DNA from: an uncultured Kistimonas sp.
GTDB lineage: Bacteria; Pseudomonadota; Gammaproteobacteria; Pseudomonadales; Endozoicomonadaceae
Length of the DNA stretch: 40,000 bases
Direction: 5' to 3'
Assembly (NCBI GenBank): GCA_964291485.2
Contig: OZ220224.1
Location: forward strand, 2,966,188 to 3,006,187
Position 1 is the stretch's first letter. Every line of letters begins with the position of its first letter. The translations under genes and the position numbers were made by a program. Shown here one piece after another: positions 8,906 through 17,682 of this stretch. The notes under the pieces are model-generated. The model was not told where the DNA came from, searched no databases, and was given only the letters and a program-made list of their open reading frames with translations.

Positions 8906-9793
8906 TCAGAACAACAACCTGTATTGCTCAAAAAGTGCTTTCCCTATCTGAACAATGGCCTCATTGCGCTGTTCAAATGATGCATCCGTCTGCGAGATAT
9001 AGATGCTCACAATAATGGCCGCCCGTTTTTCAGGCCAGACGACAGCAGTGATTCCACGGGAACCATAACCGCCCGCACCGGAACGATCAGCAATCTGCCA
9101 GCCGGTGGGCAAAATGGAGCGCAGCAGGTTATCGGCTACCTGGTTGTCCTTCATCCACTGCATCAACTGCGCTTGCGCATCAGGTGATAACGCCTTGCCA
9201 AAAAGTAACGTATTGAGCGTGGTTGTTATTGCGTTTGGAGTGGTTGTATCACGTGGGTCGCCGGGGCTGGCTTCGTTAAGCTCAGTTTCAAAACGATCCA
9301 ACCGGGTGGCAGGGTCACCCAGATCTCGCAGAAACTGCGTCAGCGCCTGCGGTCCGCCGGTATTTTTAAGAATGATATTTGCCGCCGTATTGTCACTCAT
9401 CCGCATGGTGGCGGCACAGGCCTGCTCGAGCGAAATGGATTGACCAACCTGCTCCTCCAGCACCGGCGACCATGTCAGCATCGATGCTTTCTCAACGAGA
9501 ACCGGGTGATCCAACGTGATCTTGTCTTCTGCAACATCGCTCAATAGTTTGGCGCAGGCAAGCGTTTTAAACGTGCTCATCAAAGGGACGCGTTCGTCCC
9601 CATTGTGGTTCCAGCGCTTTTGTGTGGCTGTGTCGTACACTGACACGCCGACATGGGCATTCAGTGTTTTTTCCACATTATTGATAACCTGCAATACAGA
9701 GTCACCTGAGCCCGCCCACGCAGAGGTAATACTCATTAACAACGCAACAAACACGCAAACATTCAAAGAGGGAAAACGACTATTCAATGACAT
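8906..9793 (-). CDS. bla: class A beta-lactamase, CARB/PSE (carbenicillinase)-like
   Basis: Signal peptide. STFK (Ser70-x-x-Lys), SDN, ETELNEA (Glu166 omega loop). RSGAGGYGSRG has RSG in place of KTG/KSG, which I recall as typical of PSE-4/CARB enzymes. Confidence 0.85.
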   Translation of the reverse strand: MSLNSRFPSLNVCVFVALLMSITSAWAGSGDSVLQVINNVEKTLNAHVGVSVYDTATQKRWNHNGDERVPLMSTFKTLACAKLLSDVAEDKITLDHPVLVEKASMLTWSPVLEEQVGQSISLEQACAATMRMSDNTAANIILKNTGGPQALTQFLRDLGDPATRLDRFETELNEASPGDPRDTTTPNAITTTLNTLLFGKALSPDAQAQLMQWMKDNQVADNLLRSILPTGWQIADRSGAGGYGSRGITAVVWPEKRAAIIVSIYISQTDASFEQRNEAIVQIGKALFEQYRLLF

Positions 9794-9982
9794 ATGACTT
9801 CAGAAAACATGAGAGAATATAAATGGTTCCAGTAGTAGCTGGTACTAAGGAATGCGCAATAAATCGATACAGTACAAGCCAATCATTGACGGCTCAGTGC
9901 CCTGATGATGCATCACTCCCTGGCCAGAAACTTTGACATGATAAGCTCACAGCAGATTAACTTGCCTTGGCTGCATGATCAT

Positions 9983-10432
9983 TCAGCTAACCTGCAGCGT
10001 CATAGCGGCGATGACGATATATCTCAATAACTTGCCAACGGTCACCAACAGGACAAACCAGCACAGACGAATCCGCAATATGCCCGCCATCACGGTTAGC
10101 GGATCACCAATCACCGGCACCCATGCAAACAGCAATGAGGCGATGCCGTATTGAGTGAAACGCTGCTCCGCCCGCAAGAATTCATCGTCAGACATTTTCA
10201 GCCATTTCTGGATGACGTTTTTGCTGGCCCAGTACCCCAGCGCATAGTTGGTCAGCGAACCAAGCACATTTCCCACCGTAGCCACGGTAACCAATACAGT
10301 GGGGGATAACCCGCCCAGCAGCAATGCCCCCAGCACCAGCTCCGAGCCAAGGGGTAAAATCGTTGCAGCAAGGAAGGCAGCGATGAAAAGGCCGAAATAA
10401 CCGAACTCCGCAAGATATTCCATAAAAACCAT
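9983..10432 (-). CDS. YqaA family inner-membrane protein (DedA/SNARE-associated superfamily)
   Basis: 149 aa with 4 hydrophobic segments. ILPLGSELVLGALLL...GNVLGSLTNY...VPVIGDPLTVMAG is collinear with E. coli YqaA as I recall it. Confidence 0.7.
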   Translation of the reverse strand: MVFMEYLAEFGYFGLFIAAFLAATILPLGSELVLGALLLGGLSPTVLVTVATVGNVLGSLTNYALGYWASKNVIQKWLKMSDDEFLRAEQRFTQYGIASLLFAWVPVIGDPLTVMAGILRIRLCWFVLLVTVGKLLRYIVIAAMTLQVS

Positions 10433-10669
10433 AACTGACAGGAGCAGACATTTACGCCCAGAAAAAATAACGCTGTATACAACGAGAAAGTGCTAACGAA
10501 AAGCGCTAATAATATTGACGATACTTTTCAAGTTGTAAGTATATTCTTGGGCAGAAAAACGCTTTTCAGGTATAAAGCGGTAAAGACCACTGGCACCAGC
10601 TCACAACCTTTCACCAATAGCTACGGCAGAGGCATATAAGGCAAGGGATCCCTACAGCTGTTATTGTGA

Positions 10670-11989
10670 TCAGGTATCCTTATTAACTTTCACAGGCAGG
10701 TGCGCTTCAATCACATCTATCGCCACATCACTTTTATGCACACTAATCCCCCGTTTTTCGGGATCAGGCAGCGTCATGATTGAGCCGATCAACTGTCCTT
10801 TAACTGAGAGCCCGGGTTTGCTTCTGCCACTGGGCGAGACGGGATCTCCTTTGATACGGATATGCTGAATACTGCCTTTCGCCTTTTCGACCCGGTCTTC
10901 ACCCAGCTGATCCAGTGTTCCCTGGGACAAACCTGCAGAATTAATGGTAATGACGCCCTCAAAACGCTCAGGGGGATACCTATCCTGCACTGCAGTGTAA
11001 GCAAACTGCGCCACACCGCCTCCTAGTGAATGGCCCGCAACACCAAATGTCGAGCCAGATAAGGGTTCATGCTTTAACAGAAGGTCAAACACTGCGACAG
11101 CACTTCGGTACATCGGTGATTTCATACCCAACCATTGGGTAATATCAGCTTTGATAGTGCCACTGCGTCCTGTTTCATTTTTTGATCCGGGCTCTGTACC
11201 CGCAAAGACAACGACTATAGCGTTACCCTTCCTGACCACCATGGCCTTCGCATTATCCGGCGCATGAATCAGGCCCGTGGCGTCATCGTAGAGCATTTGC
11301 AATTCAGTCGGCAGCTCTTCCTGCTTTAACAGCGTACAGCCGTCGGGTAAGATGACATCCTTAAAATTTGGGTCAAACCCTTGGTAGGCCGCATCGCACA
11401 GCATGGCGCAGTTGGCGATATTCTCCTTATCGGCTTGCTCCAGGGCCAAAAAGTCCCCCAAATCCTTTGTATCGGTTACCGGAGAATCCTTAACACGCTG
11501 TTTATCTCCCAACTCAGGCGCCTTGACCAACATATCCCCCTGCTGCCTGATCAACTTTTTGTTCAGGGCAACAGCTTTTTTAACATTTTTCTCTAACTGC
11601 TTTTCAGACGTGGATTCAGCTCGGTTTAGCCCCAGCATTCTAAGGTCAGAAAAGACTTCACGCCTCAATCGTTTTTCAAACCGCCCCGTGCCAGAGGGCT
11701 CCTGCAAGCCGGCCAGCATTCGGCTGACAGCATGCTTTGCGTTGTTAAACCGCCTTAACAAAGAGTCTTGAACTTTGTGCCTCAAGACTTTACGCACACT
11801 CAGGGATTTCTCTGGAACTGGCGGGCTGGTTTCAGCATCGGGCTGCTTGGCTTGCTGAACCATCGGCATGCCATCCGTTTTTGATACGTTGATCCCGTTA
11901 TGAGTTGTCTTACTTTCATTTGGAATAACAACAGGTTCTGTGCCTCTATTTGGCACTATCGAACCACCACCGCCCACTTTCCCAGTCAT
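10670..11989 (-). CDS. class 3 lipase-like alpha/beta hydrolase with a long disordered N-terminal region (candidate secreted effector)
   Basis: VVVFAGTE followed by the nucleophile elbow GHSLGGGVA (GxSxG, Lipase_3/DUF2974-like). The first ~190 aa are low-complexity and K/E/P/S-rich. No Sec signal peptide. Confidence 0.65.
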   Translation of the reverse strand: MTGKVGGGGSIVPNRGTEPVVIPNESKTTHNGINVSKTDGMPMVQQAKQPDAETSPPVPEKSLSVRKVLRHKVQDSLLRRFNNAKHAVSRMLAGLQEPSGTGRFEKRLRREVFSDLRMLGLNRAESTSEKQLEKNVKKAVALNKKLIRQQGDMLVKAPELGDKQRVKDSPVTDTKDLGDFLALEQADKENIANCAMLCDAAYQGFDPNFKDVILPDGCTLLKQEELPTELQMLYDDATGLIHAPDNAKAMVVRKGNAIVVVFAGTEPGSKNETGRSGTIKADITQWLGMKSPMYRSAVAVFDLLLKHEPLSGSTFGVAGHSLGGGVAQFAYTAVQDRYPPERFEGVITINSAGLSQGTLDQLGEDRVEKAKGSIQHIRIKGDPVSPSGRSKPGLSVKGQLIGSIMTLPDPEKRGISVHKSDVAIDVIEAHLPVKVNKDT

Positions 11990-12196
11990 TTTTCCACTAG
12001 CTCAAAGTCCCTTTGATGTTTTCATTTTAGCAGGAAGGCGCTTATACCCTTTTGATCGCACGTGTTGAGTATTACCTGAAATCTGGACAACAAATGCTTG
12101 TCTTCCAATACCTGCCTCAAGGGTATGCATCAGCTATTGCCCTCCCTGCAGCGAGTGTCAGCCTCCAAAAGACGATTGGCACATCTTAAACAGTCA

Positions 12197-12829
12197 CTAT
12201 ATCGTTTCCATAAACCGCTGACTGATCACCGTGGACACATGCTGGAACACCTCACTCACCCGGGCCGGATCTTGTAGATAGACGCTCATGTCATACCCGA
12301 GGGTATTCTGCGAGCTAAGCGGGATAATATCTTCATACTGTTGCCAGAGAATTCGGCCCTCATGGTCAGTCAGCGTACCCTTCACACCCAGGAGAGGATA
12401 GAGGGTATGACTGAAACCCTGCGTTTGACCCAGACCGTAGAGCCGGATTTCAAAGCGAAACACACCCACATGGGCGGCCTCGTGTTCTGCCAGAGCAAAA
12501 GTGTTGCTGGCTTGCAACTGGCGGCGGAAAGCCTTGATGAAGATCACACCAATATCACTGGCCTTCATCGTGTTTTCAATCCGGGTACGGTCTGCCTGCC
12601 CCGCCTGTCCCACGGCCGCGCCTGCCAGACCTCCCAAGGCAAATGCAAGTGATTCAGCGGGCCCGTTATAAAACACATCCGGCGTGACAACGACCTCGGG
12701 TGAGACTATCACCTGCGTTACCGTCTGCCTGGCGGCGTCACTGAGCGGGATGGTTTTCACATTGGAACACCCGCTTAGCAGCAGGGTGAACAAGGTCACG
12801 ACGAACATCGCCTGTTTTAAACCCGTCAT
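12197..12829 (-). CDS. lipoprotein of unknown function
   Basis: N-terminus MTGLKQAMFVVTLFTLLLSGCSN carries a lipobox (LLSGC). I recognise no other motif. Confidence 0.6.
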   Translation of the reverse strand: MTGLKQAMFVVTLFTLLLSGCSNVKTIPLSDAARQTVTQVIVSPEVVVTPDVFYNGPAESLAFALGGLAGAAVGQAGQADRTRIENTMKASDIGVIFIKAFRRQLQASNTFALAEHEAAHVGVFRFEIRLYGLGQTQGFSHTLYPLLGVKGTLTDHEGRILWQQYEDIIPLSSQNTLGYDMSVYLQDPARVSEVFQHVSTVISQRFMETI

Positions 12830-12954
12830 ATCCTGTTGTCCCTGTTTGACGTCGACAGATACTGCCCGAAGGCTTCACGAAGAGATTTGCAGTGGGAATA
12901 CGTTGGCAAGGGATTCATCACATCAGGTGCTGAATCTCCCTGCGCAACCAATCA

Positions 12955-13362
12955 CTAAGGGGTATTGTCGATAATTTCAACCGAATGCGTGATCTTCATC
13001 GCAGGCTGGAGCATTAAACAAACATGGCAGTATTTGCTGATTGCATTCCGGACGGCGACGTCAAGATCAGCCTCAGTCACTCCCTTGCCCCTGGCCGTAA
13101 AGTGCAAATTGACTGACTCATAAAGCCTCGGTTCACTCTCGGTGAGTGTATAGGTCACATGGTTGTTCAGGCTATCCAGACCAGCTGCTTTATCCTGAAA
13201 ATACAGAACCACGTCGGTAGCACTACAAGAGCCGAGGGCAGACAACAGCAACTCCGTCGGACACGGCGCCACATTGCTCTCTGCATCGACATTGACGATA
13301 AAACCACCGTTCGTTGTTACCTTGAACTGGCAATCACCTTGCCACTCTACATTCAGGCTCAT
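12955..13362 (-). CDS. OsmC/Ohr family protein
   Basis: 135 aa. PTELLLSALGSCSATDV and a later ISKYCHV (the two conserved Cys contexts of the OsmC family). Confidence 0.75.
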   Translation of the reverse strand: MSLNVEWQGDCQFKVTTNGGFIVNVDAESNVAPCPTELLLSALGSCSATDVVLYFQDKAAGLDSLNNHVTYTLTESEPRLYESVNLHFTARGKGVTEADLDVAVRNAISKYCHVCLMLQPAMKITHSVEIIDNTP

Positions 13363-13456
13363 GTCTTTCCTTTAAAGTACCAAATAATGACTCAATGCAA
13401 GCTTAATGGCTGTGAGCGCTTTCATTCACAGTACCTTGTGAGTGAAACGCCTGTAT

Positions 13457-13927
13457 TTAGATGATCTGAATCTCTAACCGTGGTCCAATTTGCCTGAAAC
13501 CTTCGCGGGTGTAGAAGTTTAATGTTCTCGACCATCGGGGTTGTTCGGGTGCACCCACTTCGAGAATGGGCCAGTGCTGTTCTTTGGCAAATTGTTTAGC
13601 GAAGTCTATGAGACTATTTCCAATACCACACGAACGGAAGTCTGGACGGATATAGATCTCCATGATCTCACCGAACATACCGCCAGCATAAATTGCACGG
13701 CACTCACTCAACGTGATAACACCGACTGCATCCAGATTGTCATCGTTTGCCAGGAATGCCCAAAACCCGCTATTTCTCTGGATCAGCTTTTGGGCAGAAT
13801 CAATAAATGTGCGCTTATCCAGTGTATTTAACGTACTTTCCCAGAGTTCTTTTTCCATTTCATAAATCATCTCACCAACGATGTGGGAGTCTGAACTAGC
13901 TGCCTGTGTGATCGTATAAATTGACAT
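13457..13927 (-). CDS. GNAT family N-acetyltransferase
   Basis: 156 aa. IYIRPDFRSCGIGNSLI (acetyl-CoA-binding R/Q-x-x-G-x-G/A motif) and a C-terminal FYTREGF. Confidence 0.8.
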   Translation of the reverse strand: MSIYTITQAASSDSHIVGEMIYEMEKELWESTLNTLDKRTFIDSAQKLIQRNSGFWAFLANDDNLDAVGVITLSECRAIYAGGMFGEIMEIYIRPDFRSCGIGNSLIDFAKQFAKEQHWPILEVGAPEQPRWSRTLNFYTREGFRQIGPRLEIQII

Positions 13928-14048
13928 CAGAATAACTATACAAAGAGTGATATTTAACCAGATACTGAAGATATGGTAGTGCGAAACGACCAGACATCAT
14001 GACGCCTGCAAACAGTAACTGCTGGCAGTCGCCCTACTCTCCAGCCAC

Positions 14049-14627
14049 CTACTTGATTTTAAAGAAAGGACAACATTCCATCTCAGGATCAAAAGATATG
14101 AGGAAATAGATACTGGATAAGCCATCGGAATGTGGCGGCTCATAATCCTGCAGATAGTCGGATACGGTATTTTTATCTAACAGCGGTTCATCGGTAAAAA
14201 TGACCAGGGCATAGCCCGCCGGATAGGGCCCGCCTTTCAACGCCGAAAAGCGCGCATCCTTCCTTGTAATAAGCTCTGAAACGGCTGAGCAAAATCGCTC
14301 CTTACTCCATGCCGCCCATTCGTAGACACACCCCGCTTTGAATGCCCGAACCGCTTCCGCACAGACCAGCTCCGTCACTTCAATCGCGATTCGCTCGCCC
14401 GCTAACATCGCTTCACAATCGGGCGGATCATTGCCCCGGCCTCTTGACCGGATGTCAGAAAAACCCGTTTCACCGGATTGCTCAAACGATTCATTCAGAC
14501 GCGCAACAACGCCCCACTCTTCAAGATCTCTGTCAGGTGCCCAACCAAAGAAATCAGCATAACCCCGAGCCTTTTCTCTGGCTTCTTTCATTGAGGCAGC
14601 AATCGCTCTTTCTTGTTGTTTATCCAT
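14049..14627 (-). CDS. hypothetical protein
   Basis: A 192-aa ORF with coding-like composition. DPPDCEA...IAIEVTEL is vaguely PD-(D/E)xK-like but lacks the Lys, so I make no functional call. Confidence 0.5.
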   Translation of the reverse strand: MDKQQERAIAASMKEAREKARGYADFFGWAPDRDLEEWGVVARLNESFEQSGETGFSDIRSRGRGNDPPDCEAMLAGERIAIEVTELVCAEAVRAFKAGCVYEWAAWSKERFCSAVSELITRKDARFSALKGGPYPAGYALVIFTDEPLLDKNTVSDYLQDYEPPHSDGLSSIYFLISFDPEMECCPFFKIK

Positions 14628-14748
14628 AGGATGTTTGAATAGTAATGGTGATTAACAAGAGCTTAAAAAAATTTATTTTTTCAACTTCGTAAAATAGCTT
14701 TAATCGAAACAACTAATCCTTGGTTTTGGGTACCGAAGGCTTTCCAGA

Positions 14749-14782
14749 CAGCTAACAAAAAACACCTGAAAGTTGTTAGCTG
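14749..14782. other. 10-bp perfect inverted repeat with CTAAC/GTTAG cores (degenerate attC-like palindrome?)
   Basis: CAGCTAACAA (14749..14758) / TTGTTAGCTG (14773..14782) with a 14-nt loop, between two minus-strand ORFs. It is too short (34 bp) for a canonical attC. Confidence 0.3.
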
Positions 14783-14843
14783 CTAAATTTATAATCCTTA
14801 AATCTCAGTGTTGCGGTTCAAAGTTGAAACTAGGCGCTGGTGA

Positions 14844-15716
14844 CTAAAGATGCCCTTGTTGCAGGCTGAAAAAAACACTGTTCTTCTTGTCTAATAATCC
14901 AAGGTCTAGACCTTCTATATGCCAATCTAGGTTGAACTTTTTCGGATGAGGTTTGTTGCCAGCCTCATATAAGGTATTAACAAAAGCTCTATCGTTTAAT
15001 TTTGCATCGTGATCGATGATAATTTGTGAATAATGATCAGCCATTCTGATTAAATACATTGGGTGGCCTGACGTCATTATCGGATTATTCATATATACTG
15101 TTCCAGGCTCCATACCAAGCGTCGTATATTTTTCGTGAATTTTCCACATTCTCTCACGCTCTTCATTCATCTGACCATTTTCATCAGCAAACTCGAATAC
15201 TGAATGATCAAATATACCAATCGCATGTAGTGTGTCTCTACTTACGAATGCAAATAAAACTTCATCAGTCCTTTTTGATAACCCTGATTTCTCAATTTCC
15301 ATGTTTAAGTGGAAATGATGAAACCCTTTAGTATTGAGGATTTGATCTTTATCCTCCCAAGCATCAACTTCACCATCTTTTATCCGTTGTACTAGCGTAT
15401 ATCCATTTTTGTGAGCCCGTCGTGATAGAAATGGATGTAGATCTTCCCCATTTCTTACTTTATTGAGAAGATCATTGATGCTTTCTTTGAGATTTTTGTA
15501 TCTTCTGTCAGCAGTAAGTTCAGGAGCGCGTTGAACTGTACGGATTCTGGTAGGTACTTGTCTTGTCTGCCAATGAAGATAGTGAATCACCACATCACTT
15601 ATGCTCTGAGACTCAAGCTCTTCAAGTGTTTTTTTATCATTTGGAAAGAAAGGTAACTCTTTAATCAGTTTATCTTTCAACCGTTTTATCGAATTTGACT
15701 CTTCCATATACTCCAT
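14844..15716 (-). CDS. hypothetical protein (cassette-borne, no recognisable domain)
   Basis: A 290-aa ORF in a markedly AT-rich segment. It begins about 45 nt after the reconstructed attC-C R' core. Confidence 0.55.
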   Translation of the reverse strand: MEYMEESNSIKRLKDKLIKELPFFPNDKKTLEELESQSISDVVIHYLHWQTRQVPTRIRTVQRAPELTADRRYKNLKESINDLLNKVRNGEDLHPFLSRRAHKNGYTLVQRIKDGEVDAWEDKDQILNTKGFHHFHLNMEIEKSGLSKRTDEVLFAFVSRDTLHAIGIFDHSVFEFADENGQMNEERERMWKIHEKYTTLGMEPGTVYMNNPIMTSGHPMYLIRMADHYSQIIIDHDAKLNDRAFVNTLYEAGNKPHPKKFNLDWHIEGLDLGLLDKKNSVFFSLQQGHL

Positions 15717-15760
15717 ACTTAATAACTAGAGTTGATTGAGTGATTTGATGTAAGCGCATA

Positions 15761-17598
15761 ATCGGGATAGGGCGAAGCCTCACAGCTCCGCTCCTCCCAC
15801 ACCACCGGCCATACGGATCACGTAACACGGCGGTTCAAATTACTTTGTGTTCATCTTGCCGCCAGTTCTGGCAGCCCAAGGTTCTTAAAGTACTTGTTTG
15901 GCAAAGCGTATCGTAGAGCTGGACTACCACTTAAACGCCACGGCCCGTGCGCAGACTTGGCTGTATTCCATGCCAACCATCTGTCTACACCTAATCGCCT
16001 TAACATTCGGTAGCCCTTACGATCCCATTGTTTCCAAACATAACACCGCAATCGTCGTCGAACCCATTTGTCCAGACACCGCAGAGGACTCAGTATTTCA
16101 GCGATGTCGAAATACGCTTTCCAGCCAAGCAGGGATTTTCTCAGCTCTGCGATAATCTGGGTGATTGAATGGCCTCTCGTTCGACGGCTCAGCTCTTTGA
16201 CGGTCGCCTTCAATTTGACCAGTGCTTTATCGCTGACCTTCACTTTCAGTTCCCGTCGACTGAACGTAAACCCAAGGAAGTTACATTCCCAAGGTCGACC
16301 TACTCCACTCTTTTGGGTATTCACTGTGAGTCGCAGCGATTCTCCAATAAAATGTTGCAGGCTTTTCATCACGCGATCACCCGCGGCCTGACTTTTAACG
16401 AATACCACAAAGTCATCAGCATAACGAGCGAACCTGAGGCTCCGCTTTTCCAGTTCCCAATCCAGATTATTCAGCACGATGTTTGAAAGGACAGGCGACA
16501 GTGGGCCGCCCTGTGGTACCCCTTTCACACTGGCTTGTTTTATTCCATTGATGCAGACACCGGCTTTCAGATAACGATTAATTAATCGCAACAGCGTGGC
16601 ATCTTCCTGATGTGTCTTGAGTTGCATCATCAACAGGTCATGGTTGACGTTGTCAAAGAACGCTTCAAGATCACAATCTACCACCCAGTCATATCCACTC
16701 TTGAAAGCAGCCTGAGCATACCCTATCGCCTGATGAGCATTACGGTGTGGACGAAAACCATAACTGCTGTCATGGAATTGATCGTCCCACTCCTCCTGCA
16801 TAATCTGGGCAATAGCCTGCTGTATCAGGCGGTCAAGAACGGTAGGAATTCCCAACTTACGTTTGCGTCCATCCGGTTTAGGGATTTCGACCCGCAAGAC
16901 GGGTTTGGGTGAGTAAGTCCCTTCTATAAGTTGCTTCCGTAACATCGGCCAGTATTGCTTGAGGAAGCCTGGAAGGTCGTCAACGGTCATGCCGTCCACG
17001 CCCGGAGCTCCTTTATTGCGTTGAACCTGTTTCAGTGCACGTACCAGATTGTTCCTATCCAGTACCCGCGCCATCAAAGATGAACAAAAGGTGGATTTTG
17101 GCTCAATCAGGTCTCCCGATTCCGGTTCATCCTCCGGAGTTTCCAGAGACAACGACTGTTGTTTAACAGATGCCATCCGAAACCACTTCCCCGATGATTA
17201 CTCTCCGAGATTTGTTCAGGCCTTCAGTGACGAGAGGTCACCTACTATGCCTTCTGCTGACTTCTGCACTGCGATCACACCGGATTGCTCCCATGTCAGT
17301 TAATCCCTCAACACAATGCAGACCTCCCGAGGTAAGGCACTTAACTTTCATCGCGTAGACGCCCAATTTATAAAACGTATCCCGATTGCAGATGGAGGGC
17401 TTAATGGTCACGTGCCCACTGGCCCCGAATACGTCACACCTCATATTGGATTCTTGTTCATCGCCCCGCGATTTTGCGTTGGGCTTCCTTCAGACCCTGC
17501 CTCGCGACAACGCCCTTGCCCTTTCGCTAACCTTCGGCTCTGCGAATACCTGGTAAGAGGACTTTCACCTCTCTAGTTAAGTGCCATGCTCGGCACAC
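15761..17598 (-). mobile_element. group II intron, bacterial class C-like, inserted in an attC site
   Basis: On the minus strand the 5' end reads GTGTGCCGAGCATGGC (GUGYG). An RT/maturase ORF lies in domain IV. A domain V-like ACCGCC...GGCCGGT helix sits at about 15800..15830, and the 3' end reads ...CUAUCCCGAU. The element is about 1.84 kb with no En domain. Boundaries are inferred (plus or minus a few nt) from GUGYG and from restoring AAGC-GT|TA. Confidence 0.75.
15851..17176 (-). CDS. group II intron reverse transcriptase/maturase
   Basis: RNKGAPGVDG, GVPQGGPLSP, YADDFVVF (RT motif 5), and a C-terminal maturase (X) region. There is no HNH endonuclease tail. Confidence 0.92.
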   Translation of the reverse strand: MASVKQQSLSLETPEDEPESGDLIEPKSTFCSSLMARVLDRNNLVRALKQVQRNKGAPGVDGMTVDDLPGFLKQYWPMLRKQLIEGTYSPKPVLRVEIPKPDGRKRKLGIPTVLDRLIQQAIAQIMQEEWDDQFHDSSYGFRPHRNAHQAIGYAQAAFKSGYDWVVDCDLEAFFDNVNHDLLMMQLKTHQEDATLLRLINRYLKAGVCINGIKQASVKGVPQGGPLSPVLSNIVLNNLDWELEKRSLRFARYADDFVVFVKSQAAGDRVMKSLQHFIGESLRLTVNTQKSGVGRPWECNFLGFTFSRRELKVKVSDKALVKLKATVKELSRRTRGHSITQIIAELRKSLLGWKAYFDIAEILSPLRCLDKWVRRRLRCYVWKQWDRKGYRMLRRLGVDRWLAWNTAKSAHGPWRLSGSPALRYALPNKYFKNLGLPELAAR

Positions 17599-17682
17599 AC
17601 GCTTGGTTCAGCCGCGCCGCCGACGGCGGCGTCGGGTGGAGGGGCGAAGCCCCGGAACGAACTGGAACCATTTGTTAGAAGC
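17599..17682 (-). other. integron attC-like site C (its R' core is split by the intron; the remaining 5 nt + flank lie at 15754..15760)
   Basis: Minus strand: GCTTCTAAC-AAA-TGGTTCCAG-(50 nt containing GGGGCTTCGCCCC and CGCCGCCGTCGGCGGCG hairpins)-CTGAACCA-AGC-GT|intron|TATGCGC. The L'' arm carries one extra C relative to L' (an extrahelical base). Confidence 0.65.

Noticed and set aside
14749-14782. Counting the CAGCTAACAA/TTGTTAGCTG palindrome as a bona fide attC
   Set aside because: It has CTAAC/GTTAG cores, but it is only 34 bp, has no L'/L'' boxes or extrahelical bases, and its core does not match the start of the adjacent cassette (TTATGCGC). I kept it only as a low-confidence attC-like remnant.
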